NCBI GenBank assembly: GCA_050575255.1
Contig: JBNZDD010013635.1
Span: 1,856,166 to 1,920,165 of the forward strand
From: Harriotta raleighana
Taxonomy: Eukaryota
DNA length: 64,000 bases
Reading direction: 5' to 3'
How positions within the stretch are numbered: the stretch's first letter is position 1; every line of letters begins with the position of its first letter. Both the position numbers and the translations under genes were made by a program. This document shows positions 52,433 through 64,000 of this stretch, piece by piece. A model generated the notes under the pieces. That model was not told the origin of the DNA and did no database searches. It saw only the letters and a program-made list of their open reading frames with translations.

Positions 52433-55400
52433 ATTCCAGATTGATGATTCTTGATAGTTCTGCCTTTGACGCCCTTGTTCGTAATATCAATGGTTTGGCG
52501 AGAAACATTTTCATACAAATTTGTTTATGGTTTAATTTTGTGCTTATTAATGTTAAGCATGTTAGTTCCTTTTTCATTTACATTGGGAGCACAGAACTTC
52601 AGGACACAAGTTAAAGAAATAACATAGTCTTCAGAGATCAGAGCAATTTTCTTCCCCAAACAGCAAATATGTAGAAAAGAATCCCAACAAAAGCATTTCA
52701 TTATTTCAAATAACCCTATTAAGGGGCTGTACAAATAATGGTTGGAAATGCGATTAAAGGTTGCTGGCTTTGGTATGAACTATGATGACAAAATACTCCA
52801 AAGGACATGATGGTTTATGTGCTGCTGTAATAGGAGGGGGAAATGATGTATGTGAGAGAATAACATTGAATAGGATGGACATGAGGATGAATGAATAATT
52901 TTGGAGATTTTCTTGGATTCCCGTTGGGATTCAGGGAGCATTTATGCAAAACATTCCATCGGGAGATTAAATGGCTATGTGATAAGGTTAATGATCTGAC
53001 AAATCAATGGTCTGAACAGGCTGAATGGCCTTTTTATATTCTAGTTTTGTATGTAACTCATATGAAATTTGATTCCCGATGTCATCGCTTTCAACATTAA
53101 TCTTTTCTAAAATTGGGTTTATTTTATTTTCTTCCACAAATGTAACATTTTACATTTTTTTTACAAGGTGTTCCATTTCTGCCGTCACTAATCCCGGTTA
53201 GTTAAAATGATGAAGTCTTGTGGTTGTCATTGAATAGCTTGCTAGTATTCACAGGTCACTCCTATTAACCTGTGTAAGTATGGATTAGAGAGATGAAAAA
53301 ATTGCTCCGGAGAATAGCCGTACGTCTTTGAACCTGAAAGTTCTCTATGCACTGTCTTTACAAGAAAGAAAGACAGACAGACAGAAAGAAAAGGAAAGAA
53401 TTGCAAGATAGAATTTTTAAATCGATAGCAGGAAGACTACAGGGGGGAAAAAAATCTGCCCCACTTAATAACTGTTTAGTTCTTTCCACTGATAAGATAT
53501 GTTAAGACTGCACATTAAATGGGTTTTTTAATGATAGGACCATTTCTGAAATCCTACTAGAACAAAGTCATCTTTGACAGTAAGGGTAAACCCCAGCTCA
53601 CCGTATTTAGTATTCGTAGCAACTGAACCTGGTCTGAAACTGAATTTATTTTGAAAATATCCTCAGCCCCACACATGTGCAACAATTCCACTGTGCTTGC
53701 TGGCCTTCAGCGACCAGGCAGAGATTCCCACTTTACTCGGTTTGAATGCCGCAGACAAAAGATAGTTTATTTGCTGTCTTCAATTCAAACAATTTCATTG
53801 CCAGTACCAGAAATTTTATTGTGTATATACTGTATTATCATTTATTTACTCTGGAATGAGCAAAGGTGTTATCAACGGGAACTGGATTTGAATTGGGTGT
53901 GATGCAGGAGGTCAGAGGGAAGATCTATATTGTTAAAGTAGGTGAGGAGTGTCAGTTCCTGGCATGACAATGCCATTTTCATATTGATTGCCTTGAGCAT
54001 AACTGTAACGGTAAGAATCCAACACCAACATTGGTTGGTGAAACATACAGAAAACACTAACAAGCAGATAACAAAAGAACAAAACAGAAAGAAAAACAAC
54101 CCCAAACAACTGGAATGTACCTGAGGAATTCAGGTGCCACTCCACAAATTGATTATGAACTCAAAATTCTCTTTTCCCTCCTTGTGAATCATGAGAGGTT
54201 TCCGTCTTTCAGAATTTCAAAAATGATACGTTTTGCATTCACAATCATTTCAAGCAGATGCACTTCTTTTTGACTCTATGCTGATTGGGTAAAAAGAATT
54301 GAGAAACAGAATATTTTATCCTAAAACAGAATCCATCATTATAGGGAGAATTGTTAAAAAAAAGTTTTTTTAAAAGCGGAGGCAGTTTTAAGATTGTTTA
54401 ACCTTGACTCCAGAGATGAATCATAATTACAAATACAGGTCTCTCATTCTGAATTTTAAAGGCTGTAATTAAACAGAGTCTGAGACTTTTATCTCAGGGC
54501 CAAAGTTCTTCTCGATAGCATAGAGCTGTTAAAATTGATTGACCTTTTTCAGAACAGCCACAATGCTTCTCCAGAGAGGTGCTGAACAAATGTTTAGATG
54601 AGAAAATATTTTTTTTCTGAAGAGAACAAAATGAAAATGTTGACCTCTAAAAGTAATTTGCTTTCTGCTTAACCTGCTCCTTTCTTATTCAATCTACATT
54701 TTCTAACATGCAGGAATGCTATTGTGGCAATTATTCATCTTCTTACATAGCTTTGAGTTAGAATTATTAAAAATCCTTTTAAATTTTCTCATTATGAATT
54801 ATTTGCAAGAACCGTTTTTTTTTTTAAAAATTGCAAAATAGATTTAAAAGAGAATCAAATGTGAATAAAAATCTCAGAGTCTCTATACCTCAGAATTTAT
54901 TTAACTGTTACAATAACTTATCATAAAATAAAACCTATATGTAAAGAAAGGTGTCCATCAATACAATCTTGTATTTTTGAACCTTAAGCTTCTGAGCAAT
55001 AGTACCTTTTATTTCAATCCTCCGACCACGTTCCATGTTGAACAAATATTCTATCAAAAAAGAACACTGGCCATTCATTGTCAATTCTACCTGCGGACTG
55101 TGGTAGAGCATGTGATAGTGAGAAAGTTATATTACATCTCCTGGAAGGGGGAGAACAAGGAAAATGCAGAATTTATGTGACAGCCCCCTCCAATTACCCA
55201 AACTGCTGAAACTATTGCATTTTATTATGATACATTTTATTGGTGTTCATTTTTCTTCAATGTCTTGCTAATGTCTAATTTTTGTGTGTTATTGTACATG
55301 TTTGGCAATTGAAGATTGCTCAGTTGCTCAGTTGCTCAGACCTGCAAATAATTTTCAGCATGGGTCACTGAACAGCAATTAGGAATGCCTGACTAAACCA

Positions 55401-57789
55401 ACTTAGTAATAGTCCTTTCAAGCTATTTTCAGGATCATTCATTGAAAGGGAAAGAAATATCAAAGTGAATATACTCACACTGTCTCAAATGGCTTTATGA
55501 TTAATACTATTCACTAAAATAATGATCCTTGTGCTGTTTATAGGAAAATTTAAAAGGCTGTTCAATTTTGCAAAGACTCTCAAAGTACATTATTACTTCA
55601 AAAATCGTTTGCACTTCTGACTCACGCACAGCCATTAGTTGGTCTCTCGTCCGAAGAATACCACCCAGAATCATATACATATAATGGGCCATTAATCCGC
55701 TTAATGTTTGCACTTCATCGGTTCCATTCTCCAGTCTATATCAGTTTGTATTACATTGCAGTCTGTGCAGTCACTGTATAGTAGAGTGGTGAAACCACAG
55801 TATTCAGAATAACGGTGTTTACATGAAGCAGATTTGAAGAAATCTACTATTAAGTAGGTTCAAAACCAGCATCAGTAGATTTGTTGTTGTATTTAATATG
55901 TTGTTATATTGCATAATAACAACATATTAAATACTAGAATATTTGTGTTCTTCCAAGAATAATACTCAGAAGTATTATTCGAGTTGAGAGCAGCTGTAGC
56001 TTTGGAACAAATCTGGTTTGACATGTAACTTTTCTGAAACTTTTCAGCCCTCAGTGATTGATGGCTGATAACATAGTTACCGTGGTTACTTTTTAAACAA
56101 TGTTCAAATCAAGGTGGAGGAGACAGAAAGCTGACTTGTTCAATAGCTATTGATGCTCCCACATTTACATCTAATTAATATCCAATTAGGACGAGCATGT
56201 TGGCCAATTCTCAAAGATCTGCTTTATCGGCTTGTAGCCATAAGGCCCAAGAAGAACCAATGTTTAGACAAACCGAGCCAGTTGCTTCAATGTTAACAAA
56301 TTATGAACAGGATGCGGCTGCTTACAAGGCTCGGGTTAGGACAAGCAAAATACATTTTGGAAACTTCAGATCTTATCTGTAAAGATACTCGAAGCAGCTT
56401 CAACCAAAAAGGCTTTTAGGAGATCCTAGGTAAGCCCCTTATTGTGTACATAAAGCAGTTACTCTCACTGAGGTTTTGTCAGGATCCACAATCCTGAATC
56501 ATCTTGCTTTGATGACTGCTCTCAACAATGCCTCAACAAACAGAATCATGAGTGAAGGTCTGAGCTACCCTGTGTAGCTGCCAAATGAACGTCAGACACT
56601 ATTCAACAGGAACAATTGTTCTATTAAAATTGTAGATCCAATTACTTTATGAAGCCTTTTCACTTGCTGGAAAAGGCTCACCTCTTAATAGCATTCCATT
56701 GTTTTCTCTTACTGGGGAGTAGGAAAAGCAATATTGAATATCATCCTCTATGCTGTACGATTCTCTATTGGCTGTAAATTGAAAGACCTTTAGCACCATG
56801 GTAAGTTTGCAGACCAACAGAAGATCAACAACACAAACAAATTCCATTTATGTCATCACAAAATGTAAAATGCAAAATGTTTTTCATTCACCTTTATTGA
56901 TGCCTCTCACCTTGAAGAGGACAAAGGACATCAAAGATCTCATAACCTAATACATTTATTGTGCTAACAGGATATTATTTTGTTTAGCACAAATCTGATA
57001 CTCAATGTGTCTCTTTACAAAAAAGTGTTAACAAATTTATATCAATCCAAATATTAACTGTGACTATCAAAACCATCACTCCATTTTATTCATGTGAACC
57101 CTTCCAGTGAATAATGATGATATGTGATAAATACACAACACAAAACTGCATGAGTAAGATTCAACTTGCATTGCTTCTAGAAACCAATATTCACAAGATT
57201 TTAAACCTTCAAACATTATAATTTGCACAAGGGATCTATTACCTCTCAGAATTTAAAACGCTTTCCATCAGTAATTTGGGCTGGGGATTTACTTTAATGA
57301 ATCATTTCCAGTCAGGAAGCTATCGGTCGGTGCACGCATAAATGGCGCTTTAAATGATAGCTGGACTTCTTCAATTAACTTGAGAACAAATAAGTAGAGA
57401 TGAGTGCAACTTAACACAGATCATACGTTTCGTTCAAAAGGATTAACTTTCGATTTCCAGCTAACTCAGCTCCATTGCCTTCCAACCAAAGTGACAACTC
57501 GCATGAGCACAGATCTGCTTTGACACTGACAGTTCCTGGGTTGGTCATTTTGATTCAAACATGCCCAACCCTCAGCATCAACGGCCTTGGCTTATGAAAG
57601 GGAGACACCAACTGTTGATTACTATTTCTGATCGTCATCCACTCTTGCAATAAAGTGCACACAAGTGAACATCCTGTGATGGTTGAAAAGCTTGCAACAT
57701 ACCTGCCTCAGCTACTTTGGCAAAGCACCATGAACTATTGTGCCCTGTGGTATATTTGCTTATCTCAATGTACACCTATCCATATAGCC

Positions 57790-58030
57790 TTTAATATTGT
57801 TCCCATCCAGATACTTAGCCAATTCTTTTTTGAAGTAGTTAATCACAAAGCATCAACTGCTTTCCTGGAACTCTGTTTCACATATCCACCAGTCTAGGGC
57901 AAAAAAATCCTGCTAATCTCTAGGCTTGCTCAAGGCTTGTTAAATTTAAACTTCTGCCCTCTGGATGTGCACTCATGGTCCAAGTCAAACAGCATGCTTA
58001 AATCTGCATATCATCAGCTTTATTTCACCC
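57790..58030 (-). mobile_element. Degenerate CR1 ORF2 3' fragment
   Basis: catcaactgctttcctgg..tttcacatatccaccagtct..aaatttaaacttctgccctctgg resembles the reverse complement of CR1 ORF2 ends. Highly decayed. Confidence 0.45.
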
Positions 58031-61000
58031 TTAGCAGTTTGTGCACGTTTTGCTTACTTTACAGAGCCCCAAGCTCTGTACAGATGGGGGGGGGACACAT
58101 GCTTCATGAGCTCAGGCCAGAAGTATGTGCAAAGCATACAGTGATTGCTCCATCCTGTGATGGGCAGAGGCTGACCCATACAACGGAGAGTTCCAATATG
58201 AATCCGAAGCATGAATTTCATCTCATGACTGACATAATAGCTCATTTTAAAAATGCACTGCCCAGTAACCTCCCATGTCAAGAAGGTCCCAGGTTCAATC
58301 CCAGCAGGTGGTGAGTTAGCTGATATGATGTAAAATACTGTAGGGGGGCAGTGAGCTGGAGAGGGAGGGGGAATAGGAGTCAGTTGTGACTTGAGCGCTC
58401 ACGCTTAGAATACAATTTTTACTCATTGTGTTGCCTTCACCCTTGTCCAATGGAAATATTCAGTTCTTTCTTTTCCACGTAAAAGAAGTTTAATTGACTG
58501 AACCCTCTTTCCAAATGGACCACAGAGAGCCTTACTATTATACGGGGGAGAATAGCAATTACAGTCCTTGATCCTGACATCCTGACGCACGTCGTGTCTG
58601 ATTTGATCTGATAGGTTCTGGTTTGAATGGGAGTGGGTTTTAAACTGCTAAACGATATGTGTTGCTGGAGCTGATTTCTATGGCCAAGGACCAGAGGCCG
58701 CTAGGGGTCTTTAAGCTGTGCCTCCAGAAATTAGATTTGGCTGTGGTTCTCTTGAAAGCGCAGGCTATTGTGGAAGAAAACTGAAGGGGGAAATAATAGG
58801 CTGGCAGCACAACTTACACAGTGCATGGAAGGGTAACTCACTTGGCCTACGTCAACATTCTTTTAAAGGGACAGATCCCCAACAATCTTCCCCAGATGAC
58901 TCAATCACAATGTAGAGTGGAGTAAAATTTAAATGAATCCTATACATTTCAAAATATAATAGCATGTGGTTTGTTACTGAGACAATTGCTTGTCTGTATT
59001 GAGTTAGCCATTCTCAGCAGGGCATCAGTGAGGTGCAACATTGACCACCCCATCTCCAATGTGAATAATAATCCCTGCATTTGATATTGGTCCTTCCAAG
59101 TCTGTAGGATGTCTCAGTGTGTCTCACAGGATTTAAGGTAACTGTGTATTTCATAGGCAAATGTGGCAACCAAATGTACACAGAAATATCCCACAAACAG
59201 CCAACTTTAACTGGAGGCTCATTGTCCAGACCCACATCCCAGTTAGAATGTTTGTTCTACACTCTGTAAATCAGCATCTTCCAGGCAGAAGGGATACAAT
59301 AGAGAATTAACCTCAAATAATTTCTGGATTCACCTTTCTGTAGAGTTTTACTTTGTCATTTACAAATTTTGCAGTTAGAAAATGTTATTTTGCCAAAAGG
59401 TTTTCAAAAAGATTACTTGACTTTCAATCCCTCAGTGTTACTCAAAATGGTAGATATACACAACTAGAATATGTGTCTTTTATTTGTGGCTACTGTAATA
59501 GTTTGAAGTTCTTTTGCCTTTGTGTGTATGTTTGTGTTCATACCTGAGTCAAAGTTCACGGTGAACTTGAAAGATCAGGTGCACAGACTTGGTTAGCAGC
59601 AATGCAAGGAATCCACGATATTAGCAATATCTCAAATTCCTGAATTGATCTCAGTGAGATTTGTTTTGATAGAGTAGCTAGAATGTTTGTTCTACACACT
59701 GTGATATCATCCTAAAAAACTTAGTATGATTTTCCATGGAGTTCACCAGTTACGTTACTGTGTAGACTCAAAGCCAAGACTTGAATATTACTCCTATTTT
59801 GGGAGAGTGCTTCTCAAGAACCTCACTTACACAATGTGAAATATCATAACAAAAGAAGGTTGTCATCGTTCTTCACGTCTAGCTTCCAATCTTCCTTTTC
59901 CATTGAAACTTTTCTTGCCTTAGTTTGTATCATTGACCAATGTACCTCAGAGCTTCCTCCTCTTTAAGCTTGAAATACACTACCCAACACACATTCCCTC
60001 CTCTCTGCAGCTTCGTATTGACGAAATCCACGATCATTTCATTGTCTCCTGCCCGCAACTCATTCTTTCCAGGGCCTCAACGCTGCACAACACCTTACTT
60101 CCTAATCTTTTGTTCCATCACAGGCGTTTAAAAGTCAATCATGGCTTTAAGGTTTAAGTCTCCATAGGGCAAAATACAGGTTATCAACAGGACATCAAAT
60201 AGAAAAAAGGTATGAGCTTGACTGCTATTATGGTAGGCCAGGAGCTACTGGCTGCTTGGAATTTCAACCCCTATTTCAGTACAATTCAGAAAAATGAAGA
60301 CGGATGTCTTCAGTTTAAACACGGAACAGCAGATTTATTAGAATAAGGAAAACGTTTTTTTTCTTTTAAAGAATGGTATGCTGAAACTACAAGTGCTCTT
60401 GAAGCAGTAAGGATTTCAGTATTTGCAATATAAATCAAGCCCTGACATTTGTGTTTTATACCCAGAAACCCACATCCACTGACAGATAGATGCAATCATG
60501 TATTCATCTCTGGGAGCCTCGTAATATCTGTCTCAACAAACAATTGCATGTAGCACATCCGACTGAATTTGTCTGCTACTATCCAAAGATAAGGATCCTA
60601 TCTATCATCCAGTGAACATTTTTATGTATGAAATACAGCTACTACAAGTAGATGCATGCACAGGGTTTGTTCAAACAGATGATTTTATCTGGGATCCTAT
60701 TAACTCAGCAAATACTGAATTATTCTGCAGAATGCAACCTGACAATTCATTACCACCTTGGTATGCGGGCGGCTAATGCTAAACAAACTAGTTGTTTGAC
60801 ATAACATTCCATAGCACCGATAGCATGCATTCAATTAGTGGGACTCTGCCTTGAAATATTAAAATGCGAGCTCTGTAATGGAACTCATGAAGTGTTTTTT
60901 AGCTGGTTTGAAAGGTTCGTAACGGTCATATGCTAGCTTGTATTTTAGCAGAGCAAATGCACTGCATCACTCATGCTAGATTGTTATGCCAATGGTGATT

Positions 61001-64000
61001 GTGTGTTTCAATACAACAGTAAAAATATGATTCGAAGTGGAGGGGTGGAAGAAAATTTAATTCTCTGCTTGTTTTAGCAAAACATAAAGCAGGTATTGAG
61101 ACTGAAGCGGAAATCTAAGACACTAAATGCATATGATTTAATACGCTAAGTAATAATCAAATTGCAGAAGTAAGTATACAGTCTAAGCAAGGAGGTCCTC
61201 AAAATCACATTTGATAATGCCGCTGCCAACAGTGAAACTGAGCCAAACAGACATGGAGAGATCGAGTTCAATTCTTAGGTTGTCACCTGATTGTTTCTAA
61301 CCAGTGCAGCTGATGGTTTTTTTCAGGAGATGGCATCTACAAGCTCACTATCACAAGGGTTTGGCTTGAAAGAGAAATTAAGTTTACCAATAAAGTGATG
61401 TGGGAATTCCACATGAGATCAGAAAGATAGACACCAAGATGTTAATTAACTGTATTCTGTACAGTCAATTCACTTTACAACATATTCTGTGAAGTGATTT
61501 GAGACATCTTGAAGATGTGATAAAGCGCTATATCAAATGCAACTATTATTATTAACAAAGTAATTAAAGACAGGTTGTTCTCTTGAACTGTGGGAGACAT
61601 GAAGCAACTGAGCCTTTGAATCAATGAAAGGAACAAAATCATGACTGAACGAAGTACTACCTTTTTGAATAAGTTGTAGTCATTCTCTGAAACAAAAATG
61701 AAGGCTGTGTGTTCCTGAGGGAGGATGAATTGCTGAATGGAAAGTGGAATCAACAGCAAAAGTATGAATAGGATTGGATGATGAGTGGGAGAGATCATTT
61801 AGATGAAGAAGGAACACATATTCAAGTGCTCCCAAAAATGTTGGACTGCAGAATAGCTGTAATGTGGTCCACAATGGAGAATAATTCAAACATTATATCT
61901 GTGGTTTCACAATTCTCTGTGACCCATGGATTGAGTGACATAATGTCAGTTCTGAAGGAAAGACTGGCAGATCTCAGCAAGAGATTGCAATCAGCTATCA
62001 GGGAAGGCTTGTTAGAGATTAGGGATGCCGTGCAGACTAGATTCAGCCACCTGGAGCGAGCTGCCTTGAGCAACCACAGCCCACGATGGAATAAATCTAG
62101 GGACATGAGAGACAAGATGATGGGGCTAATGCCAGCAATTTGTCTTTGGTCATGTCCAGTCCAGGCCTACTTTTCCAGATCAAGTGGACAATGGTCATGC
62201 AATGTAGATGGTTTAAAATTGTGCGAAAGTCCACTACCATGTGTTCAACAGCTATTATGAGAACAGATGAATCATCAATATAGTTCAAAATTAGTCATTT
62301 CCAGTCATAAGTGGAAATGTTAAAAAAAGTTTTTTTTAAAGTTTGCGTTTCCAGTCTTAAGTGGAAATGTTAAAAAAAAGTTTAAAAGTTTGTGAAGCAA
62401 CAAGCTGTAAGCATATATATTAATATATTAAATAATACTTAATCATCTTGTAGGATAAATAAGAAAAGAAGTAAAACAGCATATGCAATAAATGTTGTAT
62501 TTCACATGTTCAGTTCAGTTTGAAATGTATGTGCAAGGCAATATATTTCAAAGCAGAAACATTTAGTTGCTGAGGAAATATGCAACACTTCTTTACAATG
62601 TAATGATTGTTCCACAGCTTAGGGGAGGCCATCGTGACATTTATTTAGGGCTGCAAAAGCAATAATCAGAAAAGATAATAATAATTCTTACATTTGTTAC
62701 AGCTTATCGTTAATATCAAAACGCCTCAAAGTACTTCACTGAATTTATGGTACAGCATAGTGTTTCACAGAATGCCACAACAAATTGCTGATATAAAATC
62801 AAACTAAAAGTTGTTTTGGCTAACCTGATACTGGTAGAAATGACACTTTAATAATGACAATATCTTGATACACTTGTGCACAATTACAGTCAACCTAGTC
62901 AAAATTAAATAACGTTGAGGTAGATAGGGCCCCCCAAGTGAGGGAATCTTTGCTTGTCAGACCATCAATGCAGAAATATTGGCTTTCTTTTGTTGTGCTT
63001 TTGGATTGCATAAAAATCTGTCGCCTTTTGTTAACTTTTGTAATGCTGCCTGATGGCATGAGCTTTTGGCTTCATTATTTGGAGCAAATATTTTTCTCAA
63101 CCTCAACTGAACCTATGTATCCCTCATCAATTATCTTCCCCTTTATCATCAGATTCGGCAAGAGTGCACATTCCATTCCAATATAAGGAGATTTCAATGG
63201 ATAGGTGAGATACCTGAATGCTCAGTTTGGTTTGGATATCCTTAAGCACAGGTCTCCGATTGTGTCAGATATTCTATGTCAAACAGCTGATCCGAGAAAA
63301 AGAATCTGTAACATATAGAATTTGCGCCCCTTTACTGGTTGGTTCAATAAATCAACACCAATGAGGAAACCATTGCTTGAGCTTTCCAAGTCCATGCTAC
63401 CCATTGCCCTTATGGTTTGAACACCTGATTTAAAATGATCAACTCTGCCTCATTCTGCACAGCATAGGTGTGAACATGAGACATAGACAGTTGAACCTGA
63501 GACAGTTGAACTATTCAAATACTTCAGGTGGATCTGAACTTGCAGAATAAACAGATCAGGTTTGGGATTCCCGATGAAATTTGGCGAGAAAACAAGTAAA
63601 TAAAACGAATTTGAAATTAACAAGGATCTAAGCTGGTGATCATGTTTCCTCTTTATAAACCCAGGAATATCAACTAGACAGGAATGTGGGAAAGAACATT
63701 CTGCAAATGTGCCCTTTACCTGGGAGAGTCCCTTCCTCAACAACATCCATCAATTTCAAAAAGCTGGGCACAATGCCCCCAACAAATGGTGCTGTTAATT
63801 AGCTGACTAACAACTGCAATCCCCAATGTCAGTACCTGCGCTTCAGTGACTAGATAAGTCTTAAGCAGACTGATTTACCCAGAGGTGCACGCAACCTCTG
63901 ACCCTGTGTAAGTCTGCGACACTCGGCAATGCTGTAAGGTCTGTGACTCTTGTTTCATATGTCTTGTTCTTGTCGTGTGTTCCATTATTTGCTTTTGGGG

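Noticed and set aside
1-64000. Remaining short ORFs and exons of expected neighbour genes such as cldn18
   Set aside because: No recognisable domains or consistent exon structure; ORF lengths fit random expectation or overlap repeats.

Overview
Eukaryotic (vertebrate) genomic DNA from a fragmented draft assembly, most likely a cartilaginous fish and plausibly a chimaera, judged from the SINE/LINE families (inference). The only supportable protein-coding gene is the single-exon SoxB2 transcription factor sox14 on the minus strand (31733->31014, 239 aa). It has a probable promoter near 32.3-32.4 kb, a short strong-context uORF and a ~1 kb 3'UTR with a polyA signal at ~30010. The gene sits in a gene desert. 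A ~16 kb core (about 21.5-38.2 kb) is almost free of transposons and rich in CpG and microsatellites. The flanks carry tRNA-derived SINEs, DeuSINE-like relics, L2 and CR1 LINE fragments, small MITEs, degenerate minisatellites and many enhancer-like non-repetitive blocks. Seven apparent tandem duplications split by a single 'n' are assembly artefacts, probably uncollapsed alleles. I found no convincing new biological system. The best leads are candidate sox14 enhancers (notably a TAL/GATA-spaced composite site), the uORF, a hAT-type MITE nested in a SINE, and an orphan coiled-coil-like ORF. Repeat-family names come from recalled consensus sequences, not from a database search.
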